This document shows positions 27,707 through 40,510 of a DNA stretch of 64,000 bases, piece by piece (positions within the stretch are counted from its first letter, which is position 1; the number at the start of each line of letters is the position of its first letter). Origin of the DNA: Octopus vulgaris. Lineage: Eukaryota. Under the pieces are notes generated by a model. That model was not told where the DNA came from. It did no database searches and saw nothing but the letters and a program-made list of their open reading frames with translations. Where the stretch lies: NCBI GenBank assembly GCA_951406725.2, contig OX597817.1, positions 77,748,001 to 77,812,000 on the forward strand. The letters run 5' to 3'. The translations under genes were made by a program, and so were the position numbers.

Positions 27707-29921
27707 TGCAGAGATGCTCAAAATATCTGGCAGTGTCGGCTATAACCTAGTCACCCGTATAGTCAACCAGGTGATACACGAAGGAGTCATACCCAATGAC
27801 TGGTGTAGCAGCATACTAGTAAACTGCTACAAAGGTAAAGGTGATGCCCTGGATACAAATAATTACAGAGGTATCAAGCTGTTGGATCAGGTAATGAAGG
27901 TTACGGAGAGGGTCATAGCCCAACTAATTAGAGAGAGAGTTAGTTTAGATGAGATGCAGTTTGGGTTCGTGCCAGGGAAAAGCACCACTGATGCTATATT
28001 CCTGGTAAGGCAGCTGCAGGAGAAATACCTAGCCAAAGATAAGCCCCTGTACCTGGCTTTCGTTGACATGGAGAAAGCCTTTGATAGGGTCCCCCGATCC
28101 CTCATCTGGTGGTCAATGAGGAAACTAGGGATAGATGAATGGCTGGTGAGGGCTGTGCAAGCCATGTACAGAGATGCCGTAAGTAAGGTTAGGGTTGGCA
28201 ACATGTACACAGATGAATTCAAAGTAGAGGTTGGGGTCCACCAGGGTTCAGTACTCAGCCCCCTCCTATTTATCATAGTCCTCCAGGCAATTGTGGAGGA
28301 ATTCAAGACAGGCTGCCCCTGGGAGCTCCTCTATGCTGACGACCTCGCTCTAATTGCTGAGTCACTATCAGAACTGGAGCAGAAGTTCCAGATGTGGAAG
28401 GAGGGTTTAGAATCGAGGGGCCTTAGAGTCAACCTAGCTAAAACCAAAGTACTAATAAGTAGAAAGGTAGACAATCCACAAATATCCTCAGGAAGATGGC
28501 CCTGCTTGATCTGTAGAAAAGGTGTAGGTAGAAACTCTATAAGATGTACCCAGTGTAAGCTATGGACACATAAGAGGTGCAGCAATGTCAAAGGTAGGCT
28601 AACTGGGAAGATAGTTTTTGTATGTGGCAGATGCTCGGGAGCATTGACCTCCGAAAATCTGCAGAAAACAACTTCCGTCACTTTCCGGGGGAAAAACTAG
28701 AAGTAGTTGATAGCTTCCACTATCTAGGTGACCAAGTCAGTAGTGGGGGTGGGTGCGCTGAAAGTGTAACTGCTAGAATAAGAATAGCCTGGGCAAAGTT
28801 TAGGGAGCTCTTACCTCTGCTGGTGACTAAAGGCCTCTCGCTCAGAGTAAAAGGCAGACTGTATGATGCATGTGTACGAACAGCTATGCTACATGGCAGT
28901 GAAACATGGGCCGTGACTGCTGAGGACATGCGTAAGCTCGTGAGGAATGAAGCCAGTATGCTCCGATGGATGTGTAATGTCAGTGTACTTACTCGACAGA
29001 GCGTTAGTACCTTGAGAGAAATGTTGTACCTAAGAAGCATCAGTTGTGGTGTGCAAGAGAGACGATTGCGCTGGTATGGTCATGTGGCGAGAATGGATGA
29101 AGATAGGTGTGTGAGAAAGTGCCAATCCCTAGCAGTTGAGGGAACCCGTGGAAGAGGTAGACCCAGGAAAACCTGGGACGAGGTGGTGAAGCACGACCTT
29201 CGGACGTTAGGTCTCACCATGGAAATAACTAGAGACCGAGACCTATGGAAGTATGCTGTGCGTGAGAAGACCCGGCAAGACTAGTGAAGCCATATCCCGT
29301 GGCCCCTACCTGGGACGTAGTCAGTCCACCTGTGCATACCTTCCTTATTGTGACACTTGAGAAGACCTGTTGAGGCAAGTGAAAATCAAAATCAAAACCA
29401 AATCAAAATAGATGTACATCAATGGAATTTGTATCCTATTTGTATCCTTTATGGTACCAGTGCCGGTGGCACATAAGAAAACCATCTGAACGTGACCGTA
29501 GCCAGTACCGCATCGACTGGCCTCTGTGCACGAACAACACCATCCGAGGGCACGTAACAAACACCATCCGAGCGTGGCCGTTTGCCAGCCTCGTCTGGCA
29601 CCTGTGCCGGTGACACATAAGAAAACACCATCCGAGCTTGGCCGTCTGCCAGCCTCGTCTGGCACCTGTGTCGGTGGCACATAAAAAACACCATCCGAGT
29701 GTGGCCGTCTGCCAGCCTCGTCTGGCACCTGTGTCGGTGGCACATAAAATCACCCACTACACTCTCGGAGTGGTTGGCGTTAGGAAGGGCATCTAGCTGT
29801 AGAAACACTGCCAGATCTGACTGGCCTGGTGCAGCCTTCGGGCTTGCCAGACCCCAGTTGAACCGTCCAACCCATGCTAGCATGGAAAGCGGATGTTAAA
29901 CGATGATGATGATGATGATGA
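27707..29921 (+). mobile_element. RTE-clade LINE, 5'-truncated; RT plus C-terminus with one frameshift; 3' UTR with ~63-bp repeats; (GAT)n tail
   Basis: ORFs 27693-28700 and 28622-29284 carry GVHQGSVLSPLLF, YADD, YLG and RRLRWYGHV; 1-bp deletion near 28690; highly similar to 22451-24735. Confidence 0.95.
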
Positions 29922-30260
29922 TATAGTTCATATCCATCTAAAAGAAGAGGAGGAGAAAGGAAGCGGGTCTGCTGAAATGAATTGATAGGCCCACATATAA
30001 CATCCAAAGGTACATCTTTTTTTCTCTAATGAAATTATACTGATGTCACATAATTGTAAATTTAATGTACTAATTTGTCATCAAATTATGTAGTATTAAT
30101 TGAAATGGATGTATGAAGTTAACAATGACCAATTTGTTAATAATAAACAATTATTAACTTCCTTATCTCCATTTTCCTTTCATCTTTTAAATGGATATAA
30201 ACTATATGCAAAATATATGCCTATTATTTTAAGGAAATTTCATTCCTCCAAAATACTAGG

Positions 30261-30317
<57 letters not shown>

Positions 30318-30741
30318 GTATACACACACAACATATATATGTGTGTGTGTGTGTTAATTGTTGTAAAGTCCACTGTATTTCATTTTACAACTATGATATA
30401 CTACCAAGTATAATACATGTTTGCAAGACAATATTGACTTGCAAACCTGTAATATATTATGGCTGGAAAACAAAAAACTCTCCTTTTCCTAATTCTTTAG
30501 TATTAAATATCCATCATGGCTGGTTTTACCAATCAGTTTCACGTAAAGAATACACTGGAGTGTTAGGTAACAATCCAATTATATAACTTGATATGGATGG
30601 GAACATGGTGACTGTTCTCTACTATCGGCGGTGGATTAGTACAACCGGTCAGTGGCTGCTGTGAAAAGCGTGGTGAAATGGAAAAATGTTCCAGGTGAGT
30701 GAGTTGGGAGTTATGTCCCATGTTCCCTTCCATATTACCTA

Positions 30742-30822
30742 TCTCTGATGAGCATATAGTTATATAATAGTATTGCTACCTAATACTCTATTGTATTCTT
30801 TATGCGAAACTGATTAGTAAGA
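30742..30822 (+). ncRNA. Hammerhead ribozyme motif (type I, canonical core) in a probable PLE pLTR
   Basis: tct-CTGATGA-gcata...tatgc-GAAA-ctgattag-TA-aga; stems I, II and III all pair. Confidence 0.6.
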
Positions 30823-30994
30823 CCAGCCATGATGGATACTTAATACTACAAAATTTGGATGATATACCCACTCTACTGACAGATACACAAATGCATCTTC
30901 TCCCTCACTTATGATCTCTTAGATGACTCATGTCTGTGTATATATATATATATATATATATGAAAAATAATATATATATATATATATATAATAT

Positions 30995-31215
30995 ATGTAT
31001 ATATACATAGAAATGTGACCGCGTGTGCACCGTTGGCGATTTTTTTTCTTCTGTCTTTCCTTCTCCTATGTTTCCGATGAAGAGCTCTGTGCTCGAAATG
31101 TTAAATCCTCCTTCTTCCCTTCTTTCCTGAGCGTCCAATAATACTATATTTGTTCCACGTCCTCTCGTTGTTGTGTTTTCTCTTTGTGTTTTCATGTTTG
31201 GATTAACTTTATATG
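30995..31215 (+). mobile_element. PLE pLTR-like fragment with degenerate hammerhead at 31071-31105
   Basis: ttt-CCGATGA-a-gagc tctgt gctc-GAAA-tgt-TA-aa; TA flanks. Confidence 0.45.
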
Positions 31216-32840
31216 TACATACATACATACATACATACAAAGATACTTAATTTGACACACAATCACACACACACACACACGCAAATACACACACATATAT
31301 ATGCATGCATACATACATTTTCACATGTATATGTATAAAAACATAAGCACTGCACAACTTCTTGCTATCATGTCTCATACACACATATATTCACTTTTGC
31401 ATACGCAAACATTCAGAGGCATACACATATATACTTTTAAATATATCTATACATATATACCTATACATTCACACATGTATAGACACTCATACACACACAC
31501 ACGCGCACACAGGCACATATATTCATTAATATGTATATATATACATAAACATAAATATGCATTCACAAACACACCCCTCCACATATATATGAATACATGC
31601 ACATATCATACATACGTACATACGTTCTTACAACCACATAATGTTCCCAACACACACACACACACACACGCACGCACACACACACACACACATGCACACA
31701 CACACACATGCACACACACACACATGCACACTCTCACATATACAGAGATACCAGAAAATTTTTTAGTCTATACATATATTTGTTTTTCTTCCCTCGTATG
31801 ATTATAGTAAATTTTTTATCTTCATCATAGAGGCATTATGTATATTTTTGGCATAAAGATCCCCTCCAATCAAACCCTCATAGTGTTTTGTTTTCTGCTT
31901 TTTTTACACTTGTTCACTGCTTTGTCATTATTATCTTTAATGTTTTTTTTATTGTTGTTATTGCTGTTAATGATGAAGAAATTATCCACAACATCACCAT
32001 CACAATCATCATTGCTATTATAAATATTATTATTCTTATCAGGATATTAAGGCTGATTTACACTATTTTTTATACCCTTAGCAAAAGCAGTGGTGTTTGT
32101 TTGGGTCTGAAGGTAGCGCTATTTGTTGCAAGCATATTATCCTTATTATTATTATCATTGTTATTAAAATTATTATTAATATAATAATAATAATTATTAT
32201 TATTATTATTATTATTATAATCATTGTCGTCGTTGTCTATCATCATCATCACCAGCATCAAATCAGAATCATCATTGTCATCATCGTCAGTCATCATCAT
32301 CAGCAACATCATCACCATTACTATTATTGTTATTATTATTATTATTGTTATTATTATAATGATATAAACAAAAATGCTTTACACAGCTTTTATTTTTTTA
32401 GTGTTGTGGTAGAGTTGCTAGTGGTTGGCTGGTCTGAGATCTGACGATAGTGCTGCATTAGAAAGAGGGAAGGGCATTGGTGGAGGAAAAAAAATATATA
32501 AAGAATAAAAGAGGATGAAAGAAAGGAATCTATGGTAGGGGAGAAAGGCAAACAATATCAACAAAAATGTAAAACAACAGCAAATTGTATTGAACAAAAA
32601 ACCTCAAGGAATTAAGAAAATGTTGAAAGAGGACAAAGCCAAAAACCAAAAAAAATACCGAAAAAACTGAAAGATATCAAAAAATATATATATTGTAATA
32701 CATGCGGGCAGGTGTGTGTGTGTGTGTATGGACGTGCATGTGTGTATATGTGTGCATATATGTGTATATATATATATCTTCCTTTCTCTATTTGTGCATA
32801 TATTTATATATAAGTATATATAAGTATATATACATATATA

Positions 32841-32882
<42 letters not shown>

Positions 32883-33142
32883 AGTATATATGTATATATA
32901 TACATATGTGTGTATCAGTGGAAAGTAGATGTATATACATATTTTCTTACATAGATGCACATATATGTGGAATATGTAAAAATGCAAGTTTGATAGATTT
33001 ATCTTTAGCATATTTCATCATCATCATCATTATCATTATTGTTATCATCGTCATCGTCATCATTATTATTTTATAATTACCGCAGCTACTTTGAGGACAA
33101 TATAACAATAACCATTATTTGGACTACTACCACTGCTACTTT

Positions 33143-33178
<36 letters not shown>

Positions 33179-33844
33179 TTCATCATCATTATTGTTATTA
33201 TTATTATTGCTGTTTTTTCTTGCTTGCATAATGCCTTGGGTTGTAAAGTATTCTCTTCATCAAAATGATGAGGCATCCCACGTTACTGAAGGTAGTTTAG
33301 AACCCTTAACTAAATCCTACCTACCTACCTACCACAACACAAAAATGCACAGGTAGGACATTCTTAGCTATAAGGGAACTAATCTTGAAACCATTCTAAA
33401 TTTACAATTAAGTTTTTTTCTTCTTTCACCCCATAACTAATCTTTCTCTCTCTCATTCTCTCTTTCACAGCTTATTTTTATCACACTTTCTATCCCGCTA
33501 GCTTGATGTATTCTCACTTTTGCATGTGCATAATACATGTATACATACATATATATATCTATATCTATACATACATATATATATCTATATCTATATCTAT
33601 AAATATATATATATAAGGGAAGTGTGTGCATGCATGTGTATATAGATATATGCATGTTCAAGTGCATGTATATGCATATATATATGTATATATAGTCAAA
33701 TATCTGTCTAACACTTTGCGTACAATTATATATTTCTTAGTTTTTTTTTACAAAAAAAATGTCATTCTCTTTTAATAAATTTGATAGTCTGCCTGTTGCA
33801 CTGATGTATGTGTGTGTATACACACACACACACATATATATATA

Positions 33845-33891
<47 letters not shown>

Positions 33892-34009
33892 ATATATATA
33901 TAAATAAGCTACAACCAATTACTGTATATCTCTGTGTTTTCTGTTTGTCTGTAAGTCTATCAATATACCTATGTATGTACCAGTCTGTCTCTATATATGT
34001 ACATATATA

Positions 34010-35490
34010 TATAATAAATTAATAAATAAAATAAAACATATGCTTATATGCATACATATATGTACATACCTGCCTCTACATGTATATATACATGCATATA
34101 TGGGTACAGGACACCAAAAAAACGTCGAACACAATGAGAAATGAAAACATAAACACAAAACCAAGGAAATGGACATTTTTCTTAAATAACGAAAAAATAG
34201 AGTACAGGACATACAATACAAGGAAAATCCCCCTTCTTCAGTCGCCTTTGTTTTATCTACTCCGCGTTTCGAAGGTCAGGGTGAAACACGACTTTAATGA
34301 AACATTCCTTCCCATGAAAAGCAAATTAAATAAAATTTGAGATTTTTTTGCGGAGGGGTAAAAATGGTAAGAAAAACAGGATAGTAACGACAGTACAAAA
34401 TATAAACAGTAAAAGACAGGACAAGGAGAATAACAGTAACACAGACAAGAAGAGCTGTTAAGCCGAAAGAGATAAAATATTACGAACGCTATTTTTGAGA
34501 ATGGCGAAGGAGCCACAGAAAATGCCGTCTACACTTGAAGGAAGCCAGGTTAGAAAGATAGTAGCAGAGCTCTCGTCACGGGTCAACGACAGGAGGGAAG
34601 AGGAAGAGCAAGAGAAAGGGAGAGAAAAAAGGGAATGGTTGGAGAGAAAACCAGAAAGAATGAAGGATGAGAGAGAGAGAGAGGGAGAGACAGTAAGATA
34701 GAAGAAAAGGAAACCTGAAAGAATGAAGGCTGAGAAAGGGAGGGGGACAGAAAGGTTAAGAGTGTGCATCATTATTAATATTAAGAACAATCTTACTTAG
34801 AAATGGATGCGTGCGTTCCATCATATAATAAATTAATAAATAAAGTAAAACGTATGCATATATACATATATGTATGTACCTACCTCTACCTGTATATATA
34901 CTTGCATATATGTGTACAGGACACCAAAAAAACGTCGAACACAATGAGAAACGAAAACATAAACACAAAACCAAGGAAATGGACATTTTTCTTAAACAAG
35001 GAAAAAATAGAGTACAGGACATACAATATAAGGAAAATTCCCCTTCTTCAGTCGCCTTTGTGTCATCTACTCCGCGTTTCGAAAGTCAAGGCGAGACACG
35101 ACTTTAATGAAACATTCCTTCCCGCGAAAAGCAAATTAAATAAAATTTGAGATTTTTTTGCGGAGGGGTAAAAATGGTAAGAAAAACAGGACAATAACGA
35201 CAGTACAAAATATAAACAGTAAAAGACAGGACAAGGAGAATAACAGTAACACAGACAAGAAGAGCTGTTAAGCCGAACGAGATAAAATATTACGAATGCT
35301 ATTTTTGAGAACGGCGAAGGAGCCACAGAAGGAAGCCAGGTCAGAAAGACAGTAGCAGAGCTCTCATCACGGGTCAATGACGGGAGGGAGGTAGAGGAGC
35401 AAGAGAAAGGGAGAGAAAAAAGGGAATGGTTGTAGAGAAAACAAGAAAGAATGAAGGCTGAGAAAGGGATGGGGACAGAAAGGTTAAGAA
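34010..35490. mobile_element. Direct tandem pair of PLE pLTR-like repeats
   Basis: 34010-34760 and 34825-35490 are near-identical with small indels; same family as 9990-10370 and 41300-43171. Confidence 0.7.
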
Positions 35491-36185
35491 TGCATATATA
35501 TATATATATATATACACACACACGTATATATATATATTTATTTATATACACACGTATTTTTATATGTGTGGATATATACATACATACATACATACATATA
35601 TATATATTTATATATATATATATATATATATGTATTGTTGTTATTATGCAAAAGTGTTGTAAGTCCAAAACATTGCTTTTTCAGAGAACGGGAAAAATAT
35701 TTGCACCATTCCATAGCAAAACTGTTGTACTACCCTTTGACAATTTTTGATATCTTGGCATCTGAAGCAGCGGGAGATACAATAGTTTGACCAAAAGAAC
35801 CAGCTATTGCAAGCAAAAATAAATATTGAGAAAAACTTTATTTGACCAAATTTGGACATATAACAGTTTAACATTACAGGATCATCAACATGATGATCAT
35901 CGTTTAATGTCTGTTTTCTCTGCTGGCATGGATTGGACAGTTTGACCCAGGACTGGCAAGCCAGTAGACTGCACCAGGTCCCAATCAGATCTGGCACAGG
36001 TAGGACATTCTTAGGTATAAGGGAACTAATCTTGAAGCCATTCTAAATTTACAATGACATGTTTTTTCTTCTTTCAGCTCATAACTAATTTCTCTCTCTC
36101 TCTTTCACAGCTTATTTTATCACACTTTCTATCTTGCGAGCTTGTGTATTCTAACCTTTGCATGTGTATAACACATGCACGCACG

Positions 36186-36324
<139 letters not shown>

Positions 36325-36329
36325 GTAAA

Positions 36330-36940
36330 AAAAAATATACAAACTGGGACAAGAACGTGAAACATTTAGAAGACGACACAAAAAACACGGACGGGACATT
36401 CGAAGCCCTCAATCATCAGTCAAGAACCGGATCATCTTTGCAATTTCGGCTGATTAATCTTGAGATTGCTCCGATCTGGGCAGCCCCCAAGGGAAATCTA
36501 AGCCAAGCGCATTAGATTCCTTGGAAGTAAGCCTCGAATGTATACAACACAGGGACGGAAAACGGACGATGTTACACAAATAAAAATACAAAAATACGTA
36601 AAAACAATAATGATAGCACGAATAAGAATACAAAATACGTTAAAACAATAATAACAAAACCAGGACGTCAGGACAAGCGTCTTTTCGACAGGACGAGTTA
36701 AGTTTTGAGCTGGCTATGGAAGAGTGCCTTAAGGCCACAGAGAACAAATAAATACGTGTTGCCACAATGACTGCCGGATGCGAAAAGGCAGTAGTCGCTG
36801 GCTGGTCATGTGAGGACAAAAGAGAGGAGAAAGAGACAGATGAAGAGAGAAAGAAGGGGAACAAGGGAGGAGAAGAAAGAGAGGGAAAGAGACAGATCAA
36901 GTGGAGTGTAAGGTGTGAGAGGCAGAGAAATGTGACATAT
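36330..36940. mobile_element. PLE pLTR-like repeat
   Basis: Similar layout to 13350-14240; flanked by long (TA)n. Confidence 0.4.
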
Positions 36941-36995
36941 GCATATATATATATACACATATACATATATATATATATACACACACACACACATG

Positions 36996-37027
<32 letters not shown>

Positions 37028-37275
37028 TATATATATGTACACATACATAAATACATCTATAGATGGATGCCCTTCCTAGTGCCAGCAACTCCAAGAGTGT
37101 AGTGGGTGCTTTTTATACATGCTACTGGCATGGGAGCCAGTCACAGGGGCACTGGCATCAACCCAGGCTTGTATAGTGCTTGTTAAGTGCCACCAGAACG
37201 GGTACCAGTCAGGCAGCACTAGCATCAGCCATAACTACGATTTACAGCCACAACTACGATTCAGGCAATAACTAA

Positions 37276-37371
<96 letters not shown>

Positions 37372-37794
37372 GTATAGAGAGATAAAAAGATTGATAGATC
37401 GAAATAGCTATAATATATGAAGCTACTGGTTGTATCGTATTTGCTGTTAAAATATTAAAATAAAATTACCAATACCATTAAGAAAATATAAGTGGATGAA
37501 CATTTCATCTGCTCTTGCTGAAGACGATAGTGATGATACTAACTTACCTGTGAGTGCCCCTGGTCTTATGCAAAAGGTTTCCTGTTTTAATGTGAGCTTA
37601 ATTAAAACCTGTCAAAATTTAACATCAAGTAATGTTCACAATGCTAGTTTAATACTAACAGAGTTTATTCATTAAATTCTTTATTAATTTCATAATTGTT
37701 TGAAACAAAGGCTGTTGTATTTCAACAGGAACATAGTAACGAAGGAGTTAATTGTGATGATGCTACAAATATATATGTGTGTACATCAACCTGA

Positions 37795-38139
37795 GTGGAG
37801 GCGTGTGGCTCAGTGGTTAGAGTGTCAGCATCATGATCGTCAGATTGTGATTTCGATTCCTGAACCGGGCGACACGTTCTGTTCTTGAGCAAAACACTTC
37901 ATTTCACGTTGCTCCAGTTCACTCAGCTGGCAAAAAGGAGTAACGCTGCTGGGGAACTCATATGCCAATTCAAACCGGGACACTGGGACCATGAGCCTGG
38001 CTAGGCTTTAAAAGGGCGCATTTATTAATTGCGATGGACTGACGTCCCGTCCAGCTGGGGGGAACACATATGCCACAGAAACCGGGAATCCGGGCCCATG
38101 AGCCTAGCTAGGCTTGAAAAGGGTTAAAGAAAGAAGAAG
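37795..38139 (+). mobile_element. tRNA-derived SINE with (AAG)n tail and 12-bp TSD
   Basis: A-box TGGCTCAGTGG, B-box TTTCGATTCC, TSD ACATCAACCTGA at 37783-37794 and 38140-38151; internal ~70-bp duplication. Confidence 0.85.
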
Positions 38140-38250
38140 ACATCAACCTGAAGAGATTGGTCAGCAAGAAATTATGGAATTCTAGTCTGTTGTTTATTTC
38201 AGTCCATCATATCTGTCTGTCTGCCTGCCTGTTTGTCAGTCTAGATATGT

Positions 38251-38302
38251 AGGTGGAAGTGTAGCTGTGTAGTTGCGAAATTTGCTTCCCAACTACATTT
38301 AC

Positions 38303-38338
<36 letters not shown>

Positions 38339-38550
38339 GTATTTGTGTGTCTATGTTTGTTCCCACCCTACCATCGCTTGACAACTGATGGTGTGTTCAC
38401 ATCCCCGTAATTAGCAGTTCGGGAAAAGAGGCCAATAGAATAAGTACTAGGCTTACAAAGAATAAGTCCTAGGATTGATTTGTTCAACTAAAAGCGGTGC
38501 TCCAGCTTGGCCACATTCAAATGACCAAAACAAGTAAAAGAACAAAAGAA
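38251..38550 (+). mobile_element. SINE family B (internally deleted)
   Basis: Head fragment, TG repeat and 3' body match the family. Confidence 0.7.
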
Positions 38551-38701
38551 TATGGTTTGTCCACAGAAATCAAATGTTTGTGCTGTCCATCAAATAGACA
38601 ATGGCTGTACAAGCAAATGGTGTGCACATGTCTAATACATATATACCTACACATATATGCGTGTGTGTGTGTATGTGTATATACATAAATATGTGTATAT
38701 G

Positions 38702-38746
<45 letters not shown>

Positions 38747-38752
<6 letters not shown>

Positions 38753-39452
38753 GTAAAAAGTGAAAAAACTACAGAAGGCTTGTTTTAAAAGGTTAAAAAA
38801 TATATATTTGAGTCAATATGTCTGAAGAATGTTATAAATTTTTTTCTTATAATGACATAGTTTAGAAGAAATGATCGGTTTCGCGTTCAGCTTTTCAAAT
38901 TTCTTACATCGTTATGTTTACGTTGAGTAGAGTTATCGTTATGTTTATGTGAGCACATTGAGAAATGCGCAAAGCAACTACTACCACAATTTTTAATCTT
39001 TCCGTTTTACCAATGTGCTATCGGAACACCAACACAAATTAGACTAAACAAGGAAACATTCTTCATTGAAAAGTACAAGCCCAGACTTAACCATTCCAAC
39101 ATACTTATACAGAGAAATTCACTCCAAAGGAAAGGCAAAAAATTTTAAGCGATTATCTACCTTACACCGGAAGAAATCACTTATTACCTCCCCTTATATG
39201 GAACTCTTCTCAACATAAACATAACGATAACTCTACTCAACGTAAACATAACGATGTAAGAAATTTGAAAAGCTGAACGCGAAACCGGTCATTTCTTCTA
39301 AACTATGTCATTATAAGAAAAAAATTTATAACATTCTTCAGACATATTGACTCAAATATATATTTTTTAACCTTTTAAAACAAGCCTTCTGCAGTTTTTT
39401 CACTTTTTACTATTTTCTATATATTCAACCACGTGCTTTCACAAACCAACTT

Positions 39453-39456
<4 letters not shown>
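38747..39456 (+). mobile_element. 5'-truncated Penelope-like element: inverted pLTR, GIY-YIG C-terminal fragment, pLTR
   Basis: 38747-38953 is inverted relative to 39209-39416; between them the frame reads HIEKCAK...FLIFPFYQC...RLNKETFFIEKYKPRLN; (TA)n on both sides. Confidence 0.8.
39258..39297 (+). ncRNA. Minimal type I hammerhead ribozyme, U3:A8 variant
   Basis: aagaaat-TTGAAAA-gc tgaac gc-GAAA-ccgg-TC-atttctt: 7-bp stem I and palindromic ACCGGT stem III; inverted copy at 38866-38905. Confidence 0.65.
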
Positions 39457-39488
<32 letters not shown>

Positions 39489-39577
39489 AGGGTGAAAAAT
39501 TGAATATTAATTTGATTAATATCAACTTAAAACCAGTGGTCTAGCATATTAAAATCTGAAGGTTCAGAAAATTATAT

Positions 39578-39620
<43 letters not shown>

Positions 39621-39625
<5 letters not shown>

Positions 39626-40080
39626 GGATGACCACAATGTGGATAACCCTTATGCTAGAAGTAGATCTGCTATGGTCTTGCCACTAAGAAATGTTCTCAA
39701 TAAAATTCAGCAAACGCCAGAACGTATTTGAGCAAGAGAAATGAGAAATAACAAACATATATATTAATCATGGACATGTTTCGCTATCAACATTTAAGTA
39801 ATTTTACCTATGTAATTTGTCCGTAGCTCCTCAAAATGATCGTCACTGCAAACACAAGCCGCAGAACTATATACGAGACGTCCGCATGAAATTGGACATG
39901 TATACAGCTGCATTAATTACACTTGGGGTTATTTTACAAAAGTCTTCGTTTTGGCATACTAAAATACCAGAAATAATTTGGCAGAAAGTAATTCTCTGCA
40001 GTGAGTTATGCCAGTTAGAGAACATATAAATTTAAAATTAAAATTTATAAAAGGGTTGTCCATGTTGTGGTCATCCCTCT
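39621..40080 (-). mobile_element. PLE pLTR-like fragment with terminal inverted repeat and degenerate hammerhead
   Basis: 39621-39653 is inverted relative to 40047-40080; minus strand 39767-39840 reads atcatt-TTGAGGA-gcta...tagc-GAAA-catg-TC-catgat. Confidence 0.55.
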
Positions 40081-40254
40081 TATATATATATATATAAAAA
40101 TATACATATATATATATATGTAACCATATATATATATATGTAACCATATATATATATATATATATATGTAACCATATATATATATATATATATATATATG
40201 TAACCATATATATGTATGTATAAATAGATAGATAGATAGATAGATAGATGTTCC

Positions 40255-40510
40255 TTTATTCTTTTAATTGTTTCACTCATGATGGAGCATTACCTTAAAG
40301 GGATTTTAGTTGAAGAAATCGACCCAAGGAAATATTCTTTGTAAGCCAAGTACCTATTCTATGACACGCACACACATATAAATATATACTTGATGGGCTT
40401 CTTTCAGTTTCCATCAACCAAATCCCCTTACAAGGCTTTGGTCAGCTTGAGGCTATAGTAGGAGACACTTGCCCAAGGTGCCACTCAATGGGACTGAACA
40501 TGGAACCATG
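40255..40510 (-). mobile_element. SINE family B (deleted)
   Basis: Reverse complement matches the family. Confidence 0.65.

Noticed and set aside
40118-40210. Repeated TAACC units resembling TTAGG telomeric repeats
   Set aside because: The units are separated by variable (TA)n; this is a microsatellite-derived minisatellite
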